From the NCBI RefSeq assembly GCF_009914755.1, contig NC_060930.1: DNA of 64,000 nucleotides; one strand, 5' to 3'. Position numbers and translations under genes: made by a program. The DNA comes from the human T2T-CHM13v2.0 reference genome, Homo sapiens. Shown here piece by piece: positions 1 through 13,499 of this stretch (position 1 is the stretch's first letter; each line of letters begins with the position of its first letter). The notes under the pieces are model-generated. The model saw only the letters and a program-made list of their open reading frames with translations, made no database searches and was not told the DNA's origin.

Positions 1-165
1 CAAGAACAAAACTCTGTCTCAAAAAAAAAAAGAAAAGAAAAATATTAGCTGGGCATGTTAGTACACACCTGTAGTCCCAGCTACTTGGGAAGCTGAAGCG
101 GGAGGATTGCTTGAGCCCAGGAATTCAAGGCCAGCTTGAGCAACAAAGTGAGACTGGCCTCTTAA
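1..165 (+). mobile_element. Alu tail plus Alu fragment
   Basis: actctgtctc-A(n), then tagctgggcatg...tgtagtcccagctac...gagcccagg. Confidence 0.8.
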
Positions 166-309
166 AAGAAAGACCAGTCTCACTTTTAACATTTTAAACA
201 AAACTAAAAAATAAATTTACCACACATCTGTTATGTGCCAGGCTCTGCACTGGGCATGGGAGACAGACTGTGGAATATGCCATGGCAAGGTGTGAAGGTA
301 CAGGGGAAA

Positions 310-520
310 GCAGAGCCCAGATGATCTGGGTTAACGTCTCAGCTCTGCTCCTTCTTATGACCTAGCTGAGCTGCTTAATCTCCCTCATCTTTACTTTCTC
401 TCTCTGTAAAATGGAGCACGATGAGAGTTTTCACACACTAGCTTTGTTATGAGGCTAAAATGAGTTAATAAATGTGAAGTCCATGTACTGGCACATAGGA
501 GGCCCTCAGTGAAGGCAGGC
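310..520. mobile_element. MIR SINE, degenerate
   Basis: Core-like ctctgtaaaatggag ... tggcacatag. Confidence 0.55.
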
Positions 521-658
521 TGTCATCATTCTTGCATATCCTGTAAGTCAGCCAGTCACCTCAGTGTCTCTAATGACCTCTGCAGGTTACCTGGCATAAA
601 CTAGACTGAGGCATCATCTCCTACAAGAATTTCTTTTCTCTTCTATAAAAAAACAAAA

Positions 659-800
659 CGGGATACATGTGCAGAATGTGCAGGTTTGTTACATAGGTAT
701 GCGTGTGCCATGATGGTTTGCTGCACCTACTGACCCATCCTCTAAGTTCCCTCCCCTCACCCCACTCTCCAACAGGCCCTGGTGTGTGTTGTTCCCCTCT
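659..800 (-). mobile_element. L1 (L1PA/L1PB-type) 3' end fragment
   Basis: gggatacatgtgcagaatgtgcaggtttgttacataggt...tgtgttgttcccctc is the antisense of an L1 3'UTR end. Confidence 0.85.
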
Positions 801-1803
801 CCTTACAGGAATTTTAGTGTCTGGCTTCAAACTAACATAAAATTCAAAATGCACCTCTCGTCTTGGAGGATCCCACACAGAAATGACCATGAAGTAGTTA
901 TGATGTTTAACCTAAACAGAGCAGAGATGCCCGTGCCAACCAGAGTTATTAGGAACAGCTTCATGCTGATATCATCTGAGTTTAAAATAACCAAGAAAAA
1001 GAAGAACTTGCTAAATGTTTTCTCCCAAGGTCAGCCAAGCAGAGGAGTGTGGTTTTCCAGAGGAACTTTGTCATGTTGTCCATATAATTTCCATATAATT
1101 TCCAGGCTGACGGTGGAACTTAAGTGGGGGAAAATAATTCTACTAAGAAGAGTTTCATGACATCAGAAAACACAGAGAAAGTGCTGCAACGAGGTCTCAA
1201 CACTGTTCGTGTTGGGTCTCTAGAGCCACCACTAGTTTCTGGATGCACTGCTGTTACTATTAAGAAAGCTGTAGGGGGTTGAAACCCACTTGTTTTTATC
1301 AGAACAAGACAGAGACTTGCAGTGTATTATGGGAAATCAGCTCCAAAGGACATGAGGATATTCAGTGAACTAATGGGTATGTAATTGGACGCAGGTAGTT
1401 TTTCTTTTTTAAAATGCTATACTTTGAGTCGATGTGGGGGGAGCTGTTGTCACCTGGAAATCTATGAGTAATTCACTATGAATGGGAACCTTGAGAGATT
1501 CTCTCTCTCAGATTGTTCTTTCAGAAAGAGAATACACAAGCCTTCTCTTCCTCTGTGTCTCCTGCGTTAGAAATTCCACTCTTCCCATTTAGTTAATTAA
1601 CAAATGTTTACCATCCTTATGCTCAACCAGCATGGAAGGTACAAAAAATATATAAAATGGACAACAGTCAACAGCTAACCACTTGATCCCTCCCTGCCCA
1701 GCACAGTTTATGCTGTGTGTGAACAATTTATAAAATTGTTCAATGAAAGAAGTATCCTGTTTCATTGGCCAATAAATGCTTCTATTAGAAGTGATACCGC
1801 CAG

Positions 1804-1966
1804 GGCAGGCGCGGTGGCTCACGCCTGCAGTCCCAGCTGCTGGGGGAGGGGGGCTGAGGCAGGAGGATGCTTGAGCTTAGGAGTTAGAGGTTGCAGTGAG
1901 CCATGATGGCGCCACTGCCCTCCAGCCTGGGTGACAGAGCGAGACCCTGCCCACCCCCCAAAAAAA
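1804..1966 (+). mobile_element. Alu monomer (FAM/FRAM-like)
   Basis: Single Alu arm with a short A tail. Confidence 0.8.
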
Positions 1967-2795
1967 GTCATACCCCCATGGTTTAGAGGCTGTCTCCACA
2001 TTGTCTTCCTGATAGTTCTTAAGCTTCTTTAAGGAAAAACCAGTTTCCCGTTTATTGCTATATCTATAATATACAGTGCCTGAGACATGATACTCAACAC
2101 TATTTGTTGAATAAATGAAGGGATTGGGGGTGGATAGAGGACAGATGGATGTATCATGTATGTGTGAATGGATGAAGGAATGGTGACTGAAAGGTAGGAC
2201 TTAGGATCAAAGGAAGAAGTAGAGCAAATTAGATCGGAGAAACAAGATAACGACAAACAATGAAACCAATGGGAAATCTTTGTGGAGCAAGAGTGTGCCA
2301 AGGAAAAGAAGACAGGTAGATGGATTGTTCCATGACAATGTTGAAACAAATTATACTCCTTTTAAGATATTTCCTCTTATTCAGTCATTAGAAGAAAATG
2401 GGTATCTGCCAGTCATGGGGTTTCCCTTGTAAACCCATTTGAAAACTATAACTATTTAAACTGTATCTTGTTTTGCTCACAGTTGCATCTGTGGGACCTG
2501 ACACCTATTAAACACGTAATAAACAGCTGTTGAAGAAAGAGTTCATGCTTTAAGCTTCCTCTTTCCTACAGCCTGGCAGCCACTGCAGACCTTCCCAAGC
2601 CCATGCATGAAGCCAGGTTTCAGAGTTCCAGCGCTTCCTTTCCAAACTGATTCTCACACAAAGAATAATGAATTTGAGTTGCCCAAGCTCTAGGAAATGT
2701 TACATGATTATTATGATTATATTTCAAAATAGGAGTGATGAAAGGCGTTTCACCAAAGATTTAGAGGTCAAACACCATTCAGAAATGTGAATGTG

Positions 2796-3210
<415 letters not shown>

Positions 3211-5022
3211 TTAAAACAATGGCAATGGCAGGAATTATGAAGATGACATTCCGGGTAAGTTCCTGGTTGCGTCTTCCCCAGTTTCATACCTGTTTAAAGT
3301 CTAGTGTAAGTCTGGCCTTTCGTTGTTAAGCTGAAGCTAAAAAAGTATTGGATTAGGAAGGATTCTGCCTTCTGTTCAGTCTTCTAACAGTCCTTCTTTT
3401 TCTGATTAAGAAAAACTTCTGTCCCCAATTTACATCTACTTATGCTTTCAACCAGCACAGAGTATACCTGCTCTACTTCTATACTAAAGACTGACTTCTC
3501 CCTTCTTGGAGTTAAGAACCCTGAACCATGATCCATTTCTTACCATCCACCTTTGCTATCTAGGACACCCTCTCCTTCTTCCCTTGAACCGTCTGCCTCC
3601 TCTCCTATAAAGCTTCAGCAGCAGGATGAAGACTCTCTAGTATTCTTCTCATACTAATTGCGTCTCCTTGACTGGCTGTTGCCTCCCCCTTCCTTCCAGC
3701 TGGGTGCTCTGCTCTTCTTTTCGCCACCCGTTTGGTGGATTTTAAGCTTAAGAGCACAGACTACAACTGCTGCCTTCTTCACCAACTTCACAGCAGAGCC
3801 TTGCAGACAGTAAAATCCCAATAAAATGACGGCTGACTCACCCTCTGGGTGTCACCTCTGTCAGCCTCTTCCATGGGACCCTACGTTTACTTTATACTCA
3901 CAGCTCCACTTACCTTCCCTAGGCCAAAGCTGCTAACTGCTTTAACCTCTACTCAGCATCTGAATATCAGACAGTGTTTTGTTTGTTTATTGGGTTTGGG
4001 TTTTTTGTTGTTTTTGTTTTGGCTGTGCTTCTGAGGAAGTCTTGCTCTTTTTCCTTTCAGTTCTATTCCATTAGGCTTTTTGCTGTGAAATTTTGAATCT
4101 GGAAACTCAAGAGAACCGACATCGCAGACTTTGATTTACATGCTGTCAATCTGCTTTGGAAGGTCATGTGGCAAATCTGCCCTTGAGGACCATTTTCAGG
4201 CAGGAAAAACAGTAATTTCAGCCTGGCTGCTTTTCAGAATTCTTTGCAAACATCAGATGCTCACAATCCAACCGTTTCTCTGTGTACTAACATGTGCTTT
4301 TCAAAATGAGTGTCATATTCTTTTTAGTAATACTTTTCTGTGTGTTATGCCCTTTAAATAGTTCTCGTCTTTAACTCCATGTGGCTCTGGTTTGTTTTGT
4401 GCCATGCTATTTTGCCCCATTTTCAGGTAACTTTTCTACCTGAATTACTTAGGACCTCTGGATTTATAGCAGATTTGATAAGACATAGATGATAGCATAT
4501 TTAGATAAGGATCACAGCAAACAGAACCTCACTGAAACCACCCATTCTTCCTGCTTCCACATGGCAGGGTTGCTCAAGGTTTATAAGTAATGATTTTGGC
4601 TTTAGCAGCCGGAAGGTATGAGGGCTAAGTGACCTTCACACATGTTTATCTTAAATTATAGATAATTTTAAGAGTCATGAATGGGATTACTACTTATCTA
4701 TTTTATAAAAGCTAATTATTTGGGATGCCCATCAGAAGAATGGTATCCCTTATCAAACGCTTCCTTAGACGTACTGAATAAAAGCATCAGTTTAGCCGGT
4801 ACCTGTTAAGAGGCCCACTAGGACTATGTCTTTCTAAGAGATGTGTTATTTGATTCTAATTATAATTAACTTTGCTTATTACTAAGTAGATAATAATTTT
4901 CTCATTTCATATTTTTTCTGAATATCAGTTTTTCTCCCCATAGAGAATATTCAGAAGATGGAATCCTTTTAACGTAGAACTCAAGATGTGCCCTGTTCTC
5001 CCTGCCCGCCTCCCATTTCCCT

Positions 5023-5024
<2 letters not shown>

Positions 5025-5060
<36 letters not shown>

Positions 5061-5063
5061 ACA
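5025..5063. repeat. (CA)n microsatellite
   Basis: Seen directly. Confidence 0.95.
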
Positions 5064-5809
5064 TTCTCCCTTCTCTCAAGATACTTTTTTTCCAACTGAG
5101 AGTCGTTGACTAATCACAGATGAGTTAATCCTTCCACAGTTTTGAAAAAGTCTAGCAACCCTCACCTTGAAGAGAGTGAATAGCGGGGCTAATCCATCTA
5201 AGAACAATGCACGAAAACGAAAAACGGAGAATCCTGCCCGGCAGTTAATTTGTTACTCATACTTGTTGAACTTAAGATTTGGAGCTAAATAAGTGCAGAT
5301 GAGAGCAAAGACCCATCTTTTAAATATTTAAGCTTTTAGGCAAACCTGGGCAGGCAATATCACATTTATCAGTGCGAATTCTCCAATGCTCTCTAAAACT
5401 TTATTTCAATGATCTCACCTCCTGTAAGGAATTAATTCCCCCTTAGCTTGACCACAGGATCAATATCGTATCTTAAGAAGTGTTTAGGTTTTCTAAAAAA
5501 AGACCAGACACTGAAGACTTACATAAACATCAAAGCATTCCTTTTTTAATTCCTCGATATGGAGAAATTCATAGGCCGAAAATTAGGTAAATAGAGAGGT
5601 AATTACCAATGCCTGTTTCCTTGACAACTCCCCTCCCCCACCCCTCCTGTGATAGGGAAAAACCAAAATGAAAGTGAGGAGGGGTAGCCACAAGCCATGC
5701 TGGATTTTAGCAAACCAAAGCAAGAAGCAGAGCAGAAAGCTGCAAACTAGACACAAAATACAAATAAATCAATGTATATCGGGGCTGCATATTGTGTAGT
5801 ATTTTTGTG

Positions 5810-5837
5810 GTTGCCATAGAAACGTCAGCGACGGAAG
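5810..5837. promoter_or_regulatory. RFX X-box overlapping a CRE half-site, with an adjacent ETS core
   Basis: GTTGCCATAGAAAC (5810-5823), ACGTCA (5822-5827), CGGAAG (5832-5837). Confidence 0.55.
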
Positions 5838-6260
5838 AACATGTTGCATGACACAAAAGAGAGCAATATGTAATAGGAACATTCCCCCCACCACCACCCC
5901 CCGCCCAGCTTCGTCTATAGCAGAGAAAATGCTTTAGCCCCGGGAGGGGGCTGGGTGGGTGGGTAAATGAAGCCAGGAACAGCAGCTTGAAATCACAGCC
6001 CAGAAAGGGACGCTCACCCGGCCCAGCACAAAGCGAGGGTCCTTTTGTACCAGCAGAGCCTCTCTTCGCCTCCCTCCAGGCGCCCCCTGCACCTTTCCCC
6101 CGCCCGCCTTGCACTCCCCCCCCCCGCCCCCGGAGCCTACCCCTTCCAGAGGTCCTAAGGAAATCCAGCCCAGGAGAGAAAAATATGCTGGGAAGAGGAA
6201 TGCAAACATCAGCCACACCCAGCGGGGAAGGTGCCTGCGAACGGCACCAGGACCACATAC

Positions 6261-6390
6261 CTCCTTCCTGGCAGCCTTTGGCACATGGACTTAGAAACCA
6301 GAAGCTGAGATGGAGCCGGCTGGGTTCAGAAATTGCCACTAGTTTATAAGAGCTGTAAGTCAGCCAACACTGGAAAGAAAAAGCGAGACT
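6261..6390 (-). other. AGPAT4: AGPAT4 (LPAAT-delta) non-coding exon 1 (5'UTR); upstream boundary approximate
   Basis: Minus strand reads TGAACCCAGCCGGCTCCATCTCAGCTTCTGGTTTCTAAGTCCATGTGCCAAAGGCTGCCAGGAAGGAG, which I recall as the start of the AGPAT4 cDNA. It is followed directly by a strong donor GAG|GTATGT (acatac at 6255-6260) and lies in the most CpG-rich unique region of the window. Confidence 0.85.
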
Positions 6391-8100
6391 CCACCCATGG
6401 GGTGGACCCTTCAGGAAGAAAAAAAAAAAAAAAGTGGTCCTCAGCTGACGTCTCTCCCCACCCATGTCACTTCCTTTTAAAGCTACAAGTTAGCAGTTGC
6501 CGAGAGGGAAGAGCGAGCTGGTGTAATATGAGTCACTCCCTTCCCCTTCCAATTAGTGTAAGGCAGTGCTTCAGTTGGCTTCACGTTTGAAATCGCTTTT
6601 GAAATCTGGCTCGGGAAGCTGCCAGGATAAAAAAAAAATGAAAGCCCCCTGGAAGTGGCCTTGCTTTCTCTCCCCTTTCTCCCAAATCCTGTTGCATCCC
6701 TGCGCCCTAACGGCTCCTCTAACCTCAACCCAGACTCCGGCTCCGTCTGTGTTGCAACCTGGAAATTGTCCTCAGTTGGCTCATTTTTAATTCAGCAAGC
6801 GTAGGATCAATATGCCCACCCTCAAAACTCTCCCCTCACCTCTCCTCGGTCCGCTGTGCTGGAAGGAGATTGCGTTGCACTCAGAAGAGTCCAAATCATC
6901 TTAAACAAAATAAGCCTCAGCACTCAAGAGATTGAGATGTTATGAAGTGGGATGAAAGAAGCTTGGAGGTCGATTGATGTATTTTCTGTTTTCAAACCTT
7001 AGCACCATGGTTGATTACCACTGCACAGGCGTGCACACACGTACTGTCGCATGCTCACATGCACGTGGCATTTACACAGGTGTATCAGAGAGGGTCTGGG
7101 CAGACCTTTATAGTAAAAGTGTCTTCACAATTTTTAAAAAGGGTGGGCTGTTGAAAGTCCAGAAATGCCAGGATCTAGAAAATTATTTCAATTTCAAAAT
7201 ACTGAGGTGTATTCCTTTCAAATGTCCACTATTACAGCCATTGTCAAAATAATATTTAACTATTTACTTGACTCCTGGGTTAACCTTGTTCTTTAGATGT
7301 TTATAATCTATAAAGGAAAAATACATGTGCTCACAAATAGCCCAAGCACATTGCAGAATTACTAACAGCTATGCAAGTGTCAAAACCAGTGTGTCATGAA
7401 GACAGAATAGAAAGTGCTTTTTTGATTGCGATGGGGGAAGGCATTGATCATTCAGGAAACAGGGTTTGGAGTGGGTCCTATGGGAGGTGGCATTTTTCTT
7501 GTCTGTGATGAGAGACGGGGAGAGTGAAGCAGAATGTGGTGGAAGAGAAAGGATATGTGAGGCAAACAAAAAAAGGATCAGAACAGAAACCCATTTGTAG
7601 CAATAACTTGTTTTAATATCCATGTGAAAATAAATTTGACCACAGAGTAATGCTTATAAAAGATTTTTATAAAAAGTTCCTTGTAGTCATCATCTCTCGT
7701 AACTTTTCGAACTATGTTTTACGACCCATGTGCTTCTAGATTTGGTGGAAACTTGAGTTTTTCAAAGTGTTTTTCAAGTAGAGTTACACTGTTTTTCACG
7801 GTTGAATTCTGAATGGTAATTTATTTCAAAACCTACAAATTGCATAAATTCCTGATAATGTTATAAGTACAGTCAGTGATTTCAGTGGAAATGATAGGAA
7901 ATTTAAAATTTGGACAATTGTAACTTTTATCCTGATCTCAGTACTTTAACATCCTCATTCCATTATTACATTACAATTATTATTATACTTATTATTGCTA
8001 ACACTTTGCCTGTCTAGACAATGTTGCTCAGTCCCAGTTATCTCAGATATAGCTGAGAAATATGGGAGAAAAAGTTACTATTTCTAAAAATTTAACATAG

Positions 8101-8421
<321 letters not shown>

Positions 8422-8929
8422 CTATGCACATTATTGAGTGCCATTTAGAGTCTATCCTTATGTGCCCTTATTTAGCTATTTCTATCTATACAAGGAATTG
8501 TGAATATTTCCAGGTCACAACGTAACAACTCAGTTCAATGTATGTTTATTGAGCATCCATGTTAGTTGCTGAAGATACAAAAACACAGATAAGACATGGA
8601 AATGGCCCCAAAGTGCTCAAAGTCTTAGAAGGGAAAGCGAAATGTAAACAGTTAAGACACAATGGAGGCAATGATTGACATTTGTACAAGATTCAGAGGT
8701 GGTTCGAGAATGGGAAAAGGAGAGGGAGGATACATCTACATAGTTTCTTAGCTAACAGTGGACTCTAAAAGGGGTGGAGGTGGACAGTATACTCATCCGT
8801 GAGATGGTAAGAAATAAATACTGGCAGTTGGAGAGAGGAGAAAAAAATTGAAAAGGAGACACAAATCATAAATTGGTAACCTAAAAAAGATATATAAGTG
8901 GTCCGTAAACAAAGAGGCAACCTTACATA

Positions 8930-9420
8930 AAAATACAAGTCACAAAGTAAGGATGTTATTTCTTTGCCTAGTCACTTGTCCAACACTCAAAAAGCTAGAA
9001 CGTGCAGTGCAGAGAATGCAATGCCATGGGTTCTCTCTTCTGCTGGTGATGGCAAATTGATACAATCTCTGGAATTCAATTAAAGAAGATTTTTCATGAG
9101 CCTTTAAAATGTTCATACCCCTTAATCCAATAATTCGACTCAGAATAATTTATACCAAGGACATAAGCAGAGATAAATTCAAAGATTTGGGAACATGTAT
9201 ATTCATCAGAGCCATTTATAATAGTAAAGTCTGGAAACCATCTGAGTGTTTGAAGTAGCAGGTTAGCTATGGAAATGATGTAATCTTCATATGATGAAAC
9301 ACTCTACAAAAAATTAAAATTCTGTGTTTGAAAGACCTAGGGAAATTCATGGTATCTTAAGTGTAAAGGGAACTAAGCTTTATATAAATTATGGTCCCGT
9401 TTTCGTGATTCTATAAATAT
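8930..9420 (+). mobile_element. Old L1M fragment
   Basis: Degenerate L1 ORF2-end/3'UTR phrases (ctgctggtg...gatacaatc, ctggaaacca...). Confidence 0.5.
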
Positions 9421-9433
9421 ATATTACAGTGTG

Positions 9434-9887
9434 TGTAGTGGGTTGAATAAGTGTCCCCCAGTGTCCCCCACAAATTCATGTTCACCCAGAACCTCACAAT
9501 ATGAATTTGTTTAGAAACAGAGTCTTTGCAGATGTTAATCAGCTGAGACGAAGTCATTCTGGATTAGGATGGGCTATAGACCCAATACCTGGTGTCCTTA
9601 TAAAAAGAGGAGAGGATGCAGAAAGACACACACATAGAATAAGGCCATGTGATGGCGGAGGTAGAGATGGGAATGATGTGTCTATGAATCAAAGATTGCT
9701 GGCAAACACCAGAAACCAGGAGAGACGCATGGAACAGACTCTCTGAGAGCCTCCAGAAGGACCCAACCCTGCTGATGCCTTAATTTTAGATTCCTGGCCT
9801 CGTGAACTGTAAGAGAATAAATTTCTGTTGTTTTAAGTCACACAGTTTGTGCTAATTTGTGATGGCAGCTCTGGGAAACTTAATGCA
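9434..9887 (+). mobile_element. MaLR solo LTR (MLT1B/C-like)
   Basis: TG...CA ends, 5-bp TSD GTGTG (9429-9433 and 9888-9892), typical ctttgcagatg and gagaataaatttctgttgttttaag motifs. Confidence 0.9.
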
Positions 9888-11243
9888 GTGTGATGAAGAT
9901 CATGAAACTGTTAATAATCATTACTTCTGGAGAGTGAGATTGAGGATGATTTTTATTTGCTTCTTTATATGTGATTGCACTTTGGAGAACTTTCTACAAT
10001 GGATGAACACGTGTGACTTTTACAGTAACAAGATTAGGACTAAAAACCAAATAACCTAGGTTTCTGAAACTGTTTCTGCAATTTAGAACAGACATAAACA
10101 ATAATCAGTGATGCTTACGACACGGTGAGTCCTGAGGAGTAACATATTTTCAAAGCCCAGTGAGAGGTAGAATTCTGCATATCTCAGAAACTTCTTTAAA
10201 CCTAAGTTTTGGTACTTAAAATGATAACTATCACTTATCTGAAATGTGAACTTACACACTATGTATTAACTGTTGTGCTAGATAGTGGAGTCACTGATGG
10301 CATTGTTACAAATTGCCCATTCTGTTAGCACAATGTTATTACACATTAACAGTATTTTTGCTTTATTTCCACTTGCCTCGTGTTGTGAACATTGATACAA
10401 CATCCACACAAACCTATACACTGAGTTTAAAAATGTTCTCAAGTTATACAATATGAAGATATAGATTTGCAACTATGATGACCTCATTATGTGCTACATT
10501 GGAAATTGTGGCTGCTTAGAGGAGACAAAGGAAAATTGTAAATGCTAAAGTTAATTTGATATTTGGGGTCTATAATCTTATATTTAATAGTTATATATGT
10601 CAATAAAAACCCAATAAAGTTCTTAAAATGTTGTATGTTTTTATGACCAACAAACTCTTACGGCTCTCGTTATTATTACAATCATTTCAAGTACGATCAA
10701 AGAGGTGTAACATTAATATCATTGGGGAAAGTGCAGAGGAACTAAGAAAAATTTCCTCCTTTGCCAACAATGGTTATGACCTAAGTTATTCCCATAAGAT
10801 GGATGTATTTACAGAACCTTCGTTTCTATTGATTAGCTCTCAATGAATCTTAACACTGAATTTTATGCTAAAAATTGTTCTTGATATTTACTTGGCTTTT
10901 TTCTCTTATTGCCATCTTCAGGTCAATTCAGCCCGCCTGAGATGGCCCCAGAAAGCCACCCACTACCCTGTCCTGAATTCAGGCAATGAGCAACTTGAAA
11001 TCATACGATACAGAAGCAAATCTACCACAACAGAAGGAACTGAATTCAAATCAATTAACGCATAACTGATTGGCAACAAATTGAAAAAGATACCAGTTTC
11101 ACAACCTGATTTTAAAAGACAAGGTAATACGATGCCAATACTGAAACCTAGCACTTGTATTCTTCATAGCCAAGTGACAATAGAGCACATTAGTTCAAGT
11201 GGTATGAAACTTGGGATGATTTTTACTGTCATTGCATGGTATG

Positions 11244-11553
<310 letters not shown>

Positions 11554-11627
11554 TATGTGATTTTTTTAAGAACAATTTTCGTAAGCATGCATTACTTTTA
11601 CAAACAGAAAACTAAAGCTATATTTGT

Positions 11628-11838
11628 ACCAGCCTGGGCAACATGGCAAAACCCTGTCTTTACAGAAAACACAAAAATTAGCCAACCATGGTGGTGCACA
11701 CCTGTAGTCCCAGCTACTTGGGGGACCGAGGCAGGAGGATACCTGAGCCCTGGAGGTCGGGGCTGCAGTGAGCTGTGTTCATGCCACAGCACTCCAGCCT
11801 AGGTGACAAAGTAAGACCCTGTTTCAAAAAAAGAAAAA
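11628..11838 (+). mobile_element. 5'-truncated AluJ
   Basis: Alu from accagcctgggcaac to the tail; aaagctatattt on both flanks. Confidence 0.85.
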
Positions 11839-11964
11839 GCTATATTTATTTTCTAAAATAAGTATTTATTGTTATCCATTGTTGACATAATGCTTTTCTT
11901 TATTTGGTAGTTGTTATAGCTTACAGCATGATGGCACCTTGGAGGGTGGCCTAATTGGAGTGCG

Positions 11965-12100
11965 ATCCTGAGCCAGCAGCATCAGTATCACCTAGGAACT
12001 TGTTGGAAATGCAGAGTCTCAGGCCCCACCCCAGGTCTGGTGAATACATACTGCATTTTAACAACATCCCCAGAAGATTCACTAAAGTTTGAGAAGTACT
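11965..12100. mobile_element. MER5A-like hAT-Charlie MITE
   Basis: ccagcagcatcagtatcacctaggaacttgtt...ctgcattttaacaa...aaagtttgagaag. Confidence 0.8.
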
Positions 12101-12109
12101 CGTGTCAAT

Positions 12110-12250
12110 CCAAATCCCTCATTTAACAGAGGAGGGATCAGAGCCAGGGAGGCTGGGTTTGCCTGTCCAGGGTCACACAAGTAACAGGAAGCAGCGCTGA
12201 ACCAGACTCAGTGTTTAATGATTCTCACCACAGAATTCTTTCCACTGTAT
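12110..12250. mobile_element. MIR fragment
   Basis: ccctcatttaacagaggag...tccagggtcacaca... Confidence 0.55.
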
Positions 12251-12989
12251 TTCCTAGGATTTCAGATCCAAAGGCAAGGCTGAAACAAAATTCTATTAAC
12301 ATGAAAGAGTAAAAAGACAATTTCTACTTAAACTCATGATCATTCTACGAAGTGTCATTGAAAGTCCATCTGTAGTACATGCGTTTTGAGTTTATATAGA
12401 GAGAGTCAGTTTTACACCCAAAAAATAGCACTGAAATTAGGCAACTATCAGACAAAAGTTGGCAGAAGGTATAGGAGATCTTTTCTCCAGGATCGCTCAT
12501 TTTATCTTGGTTTAAAGCCAAAGCTATGTCTAGTTCAATGAAACTTAGCTTCAAGATTGATTTGCAAGAGAGGCAGCAGAAAAGAAAAGGATCCCAGCTG
12601 GCCTCCGTGTCTCTGTTCTTGCCCCCTCCAGTCTGCTTCTCACCCACAGCCTTTGCAAAAGTGAGTTTTGCAAAACAAAAATGAGAACATGCTGCTCTCC
12701 TCTCTGAATTTGGGTACCCCGAGAGTCCCCTGTATTCTTATAATAAATTTTACCATTAAGCTAGCTTTGTCATTTGCAACCAGAGTCCTAATTCTTAAGT
12801 TTTGGAGACTCAACGTTCCTTATACACAAAATTCATGGGTCTAGTTGTGATGTTCAAATGAGACAGAATGTGTGAAGCACCAGAAATAATGTAGAACCTC
12901 AAAAAATGACCACTCTTTCCTCCTCCCTTCACCCCATCCATTAATATACAGGTAACTTTCAGATCTATATTTCCAGTTGGCATTTTTTC

Positions 12990-13440
12990 CCTAAACCTCA
13001 GACAGTTATCCAATAACCTGGTAAATATCTTCATTTATCTGTCCCAAAGGAAGCTCAAATTGAACAAGTCCAAAAACAAACCTTTGGCCCCAACTTGGCC
13101 AGTTCTCTGAGGTCCAATTTCCCAACTTTCTAGTTCCACACTTTGGTGCAACTGATGACTTTGAAGTTATCTTCTATTCTTCCCTGTTCCTCTTGCTTCT
13201 TTTCCCCCCACCAACCCCTAAAGCATCCTATTAATTCTCTTCCCTCACAGCCCTCAAAGCATCCTGTTAATTCTCTTCTCAAAGATATTTCTCCAAAGTC
13301 CTCTCCTCTCACCACCACTGCTCCTGGGTTAGTACAGGGCCCCTCTACTCTTGAATGACTTCAAAGAAACCTCTTCTTCTACTTTTTATTTCAGGAGAAA
13401 AGTCAAATTATTTAGAATGACATGCAAGATGTTTCATGAT
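12990..13440 (+). mobile_element. L2 fragments
   Basis: Degenerate L2 phrases (ctcaaattgaacaagtccaaa, tttcatgatctggc). Confidence 0.45.
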
Positions 13441-13444
13441 CTGG

Positions 13445-13472
13445 CTCTCTCTCTCTCTCTCTCTCTCTCTCT
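13445..13472. repeat. (CT)n microsatellite
   Basis: Seen directly. Confidence 0.95.
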
Positions 13473-13499
13473 AGTTTCATCTCTTATCTCTTTCCATAC

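Larger units (their letters stand above)
5760..6760 (-). promoter_or_regulatory. AGPAT4 promoter / first-intron regulatory region
   Basis: Raised GC and CpG, free of repeats. Contains CRE-like TGACGT (6446-6451), AP-1 TGAGTCA (6529-6535), GC boxes (about 6097-6131) and an X-box (5810-5823). Confidence 0.7.

Noticed and set aside
5837-5852. p53 element (GAACATGTTG-CATGAC)
   Set aside because: Only one imperfect half-site; the second overlaps it incorrectly.
6341-6349. TATAAA on the minus strand as the AGPAT4 TATA box
   Set aside because: Appears to lie inside the recalled exon 1; TSS position cannot be fixed from sequence alone.
5707-6465. 252-aa minus-strand ORF (longest in the track) and overlapping ORFs
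   Set aside because: Runs through the promoter, non-coding exon 1 and the splice donor; low-complexity G/R and poly-F content, no recognisable domain.
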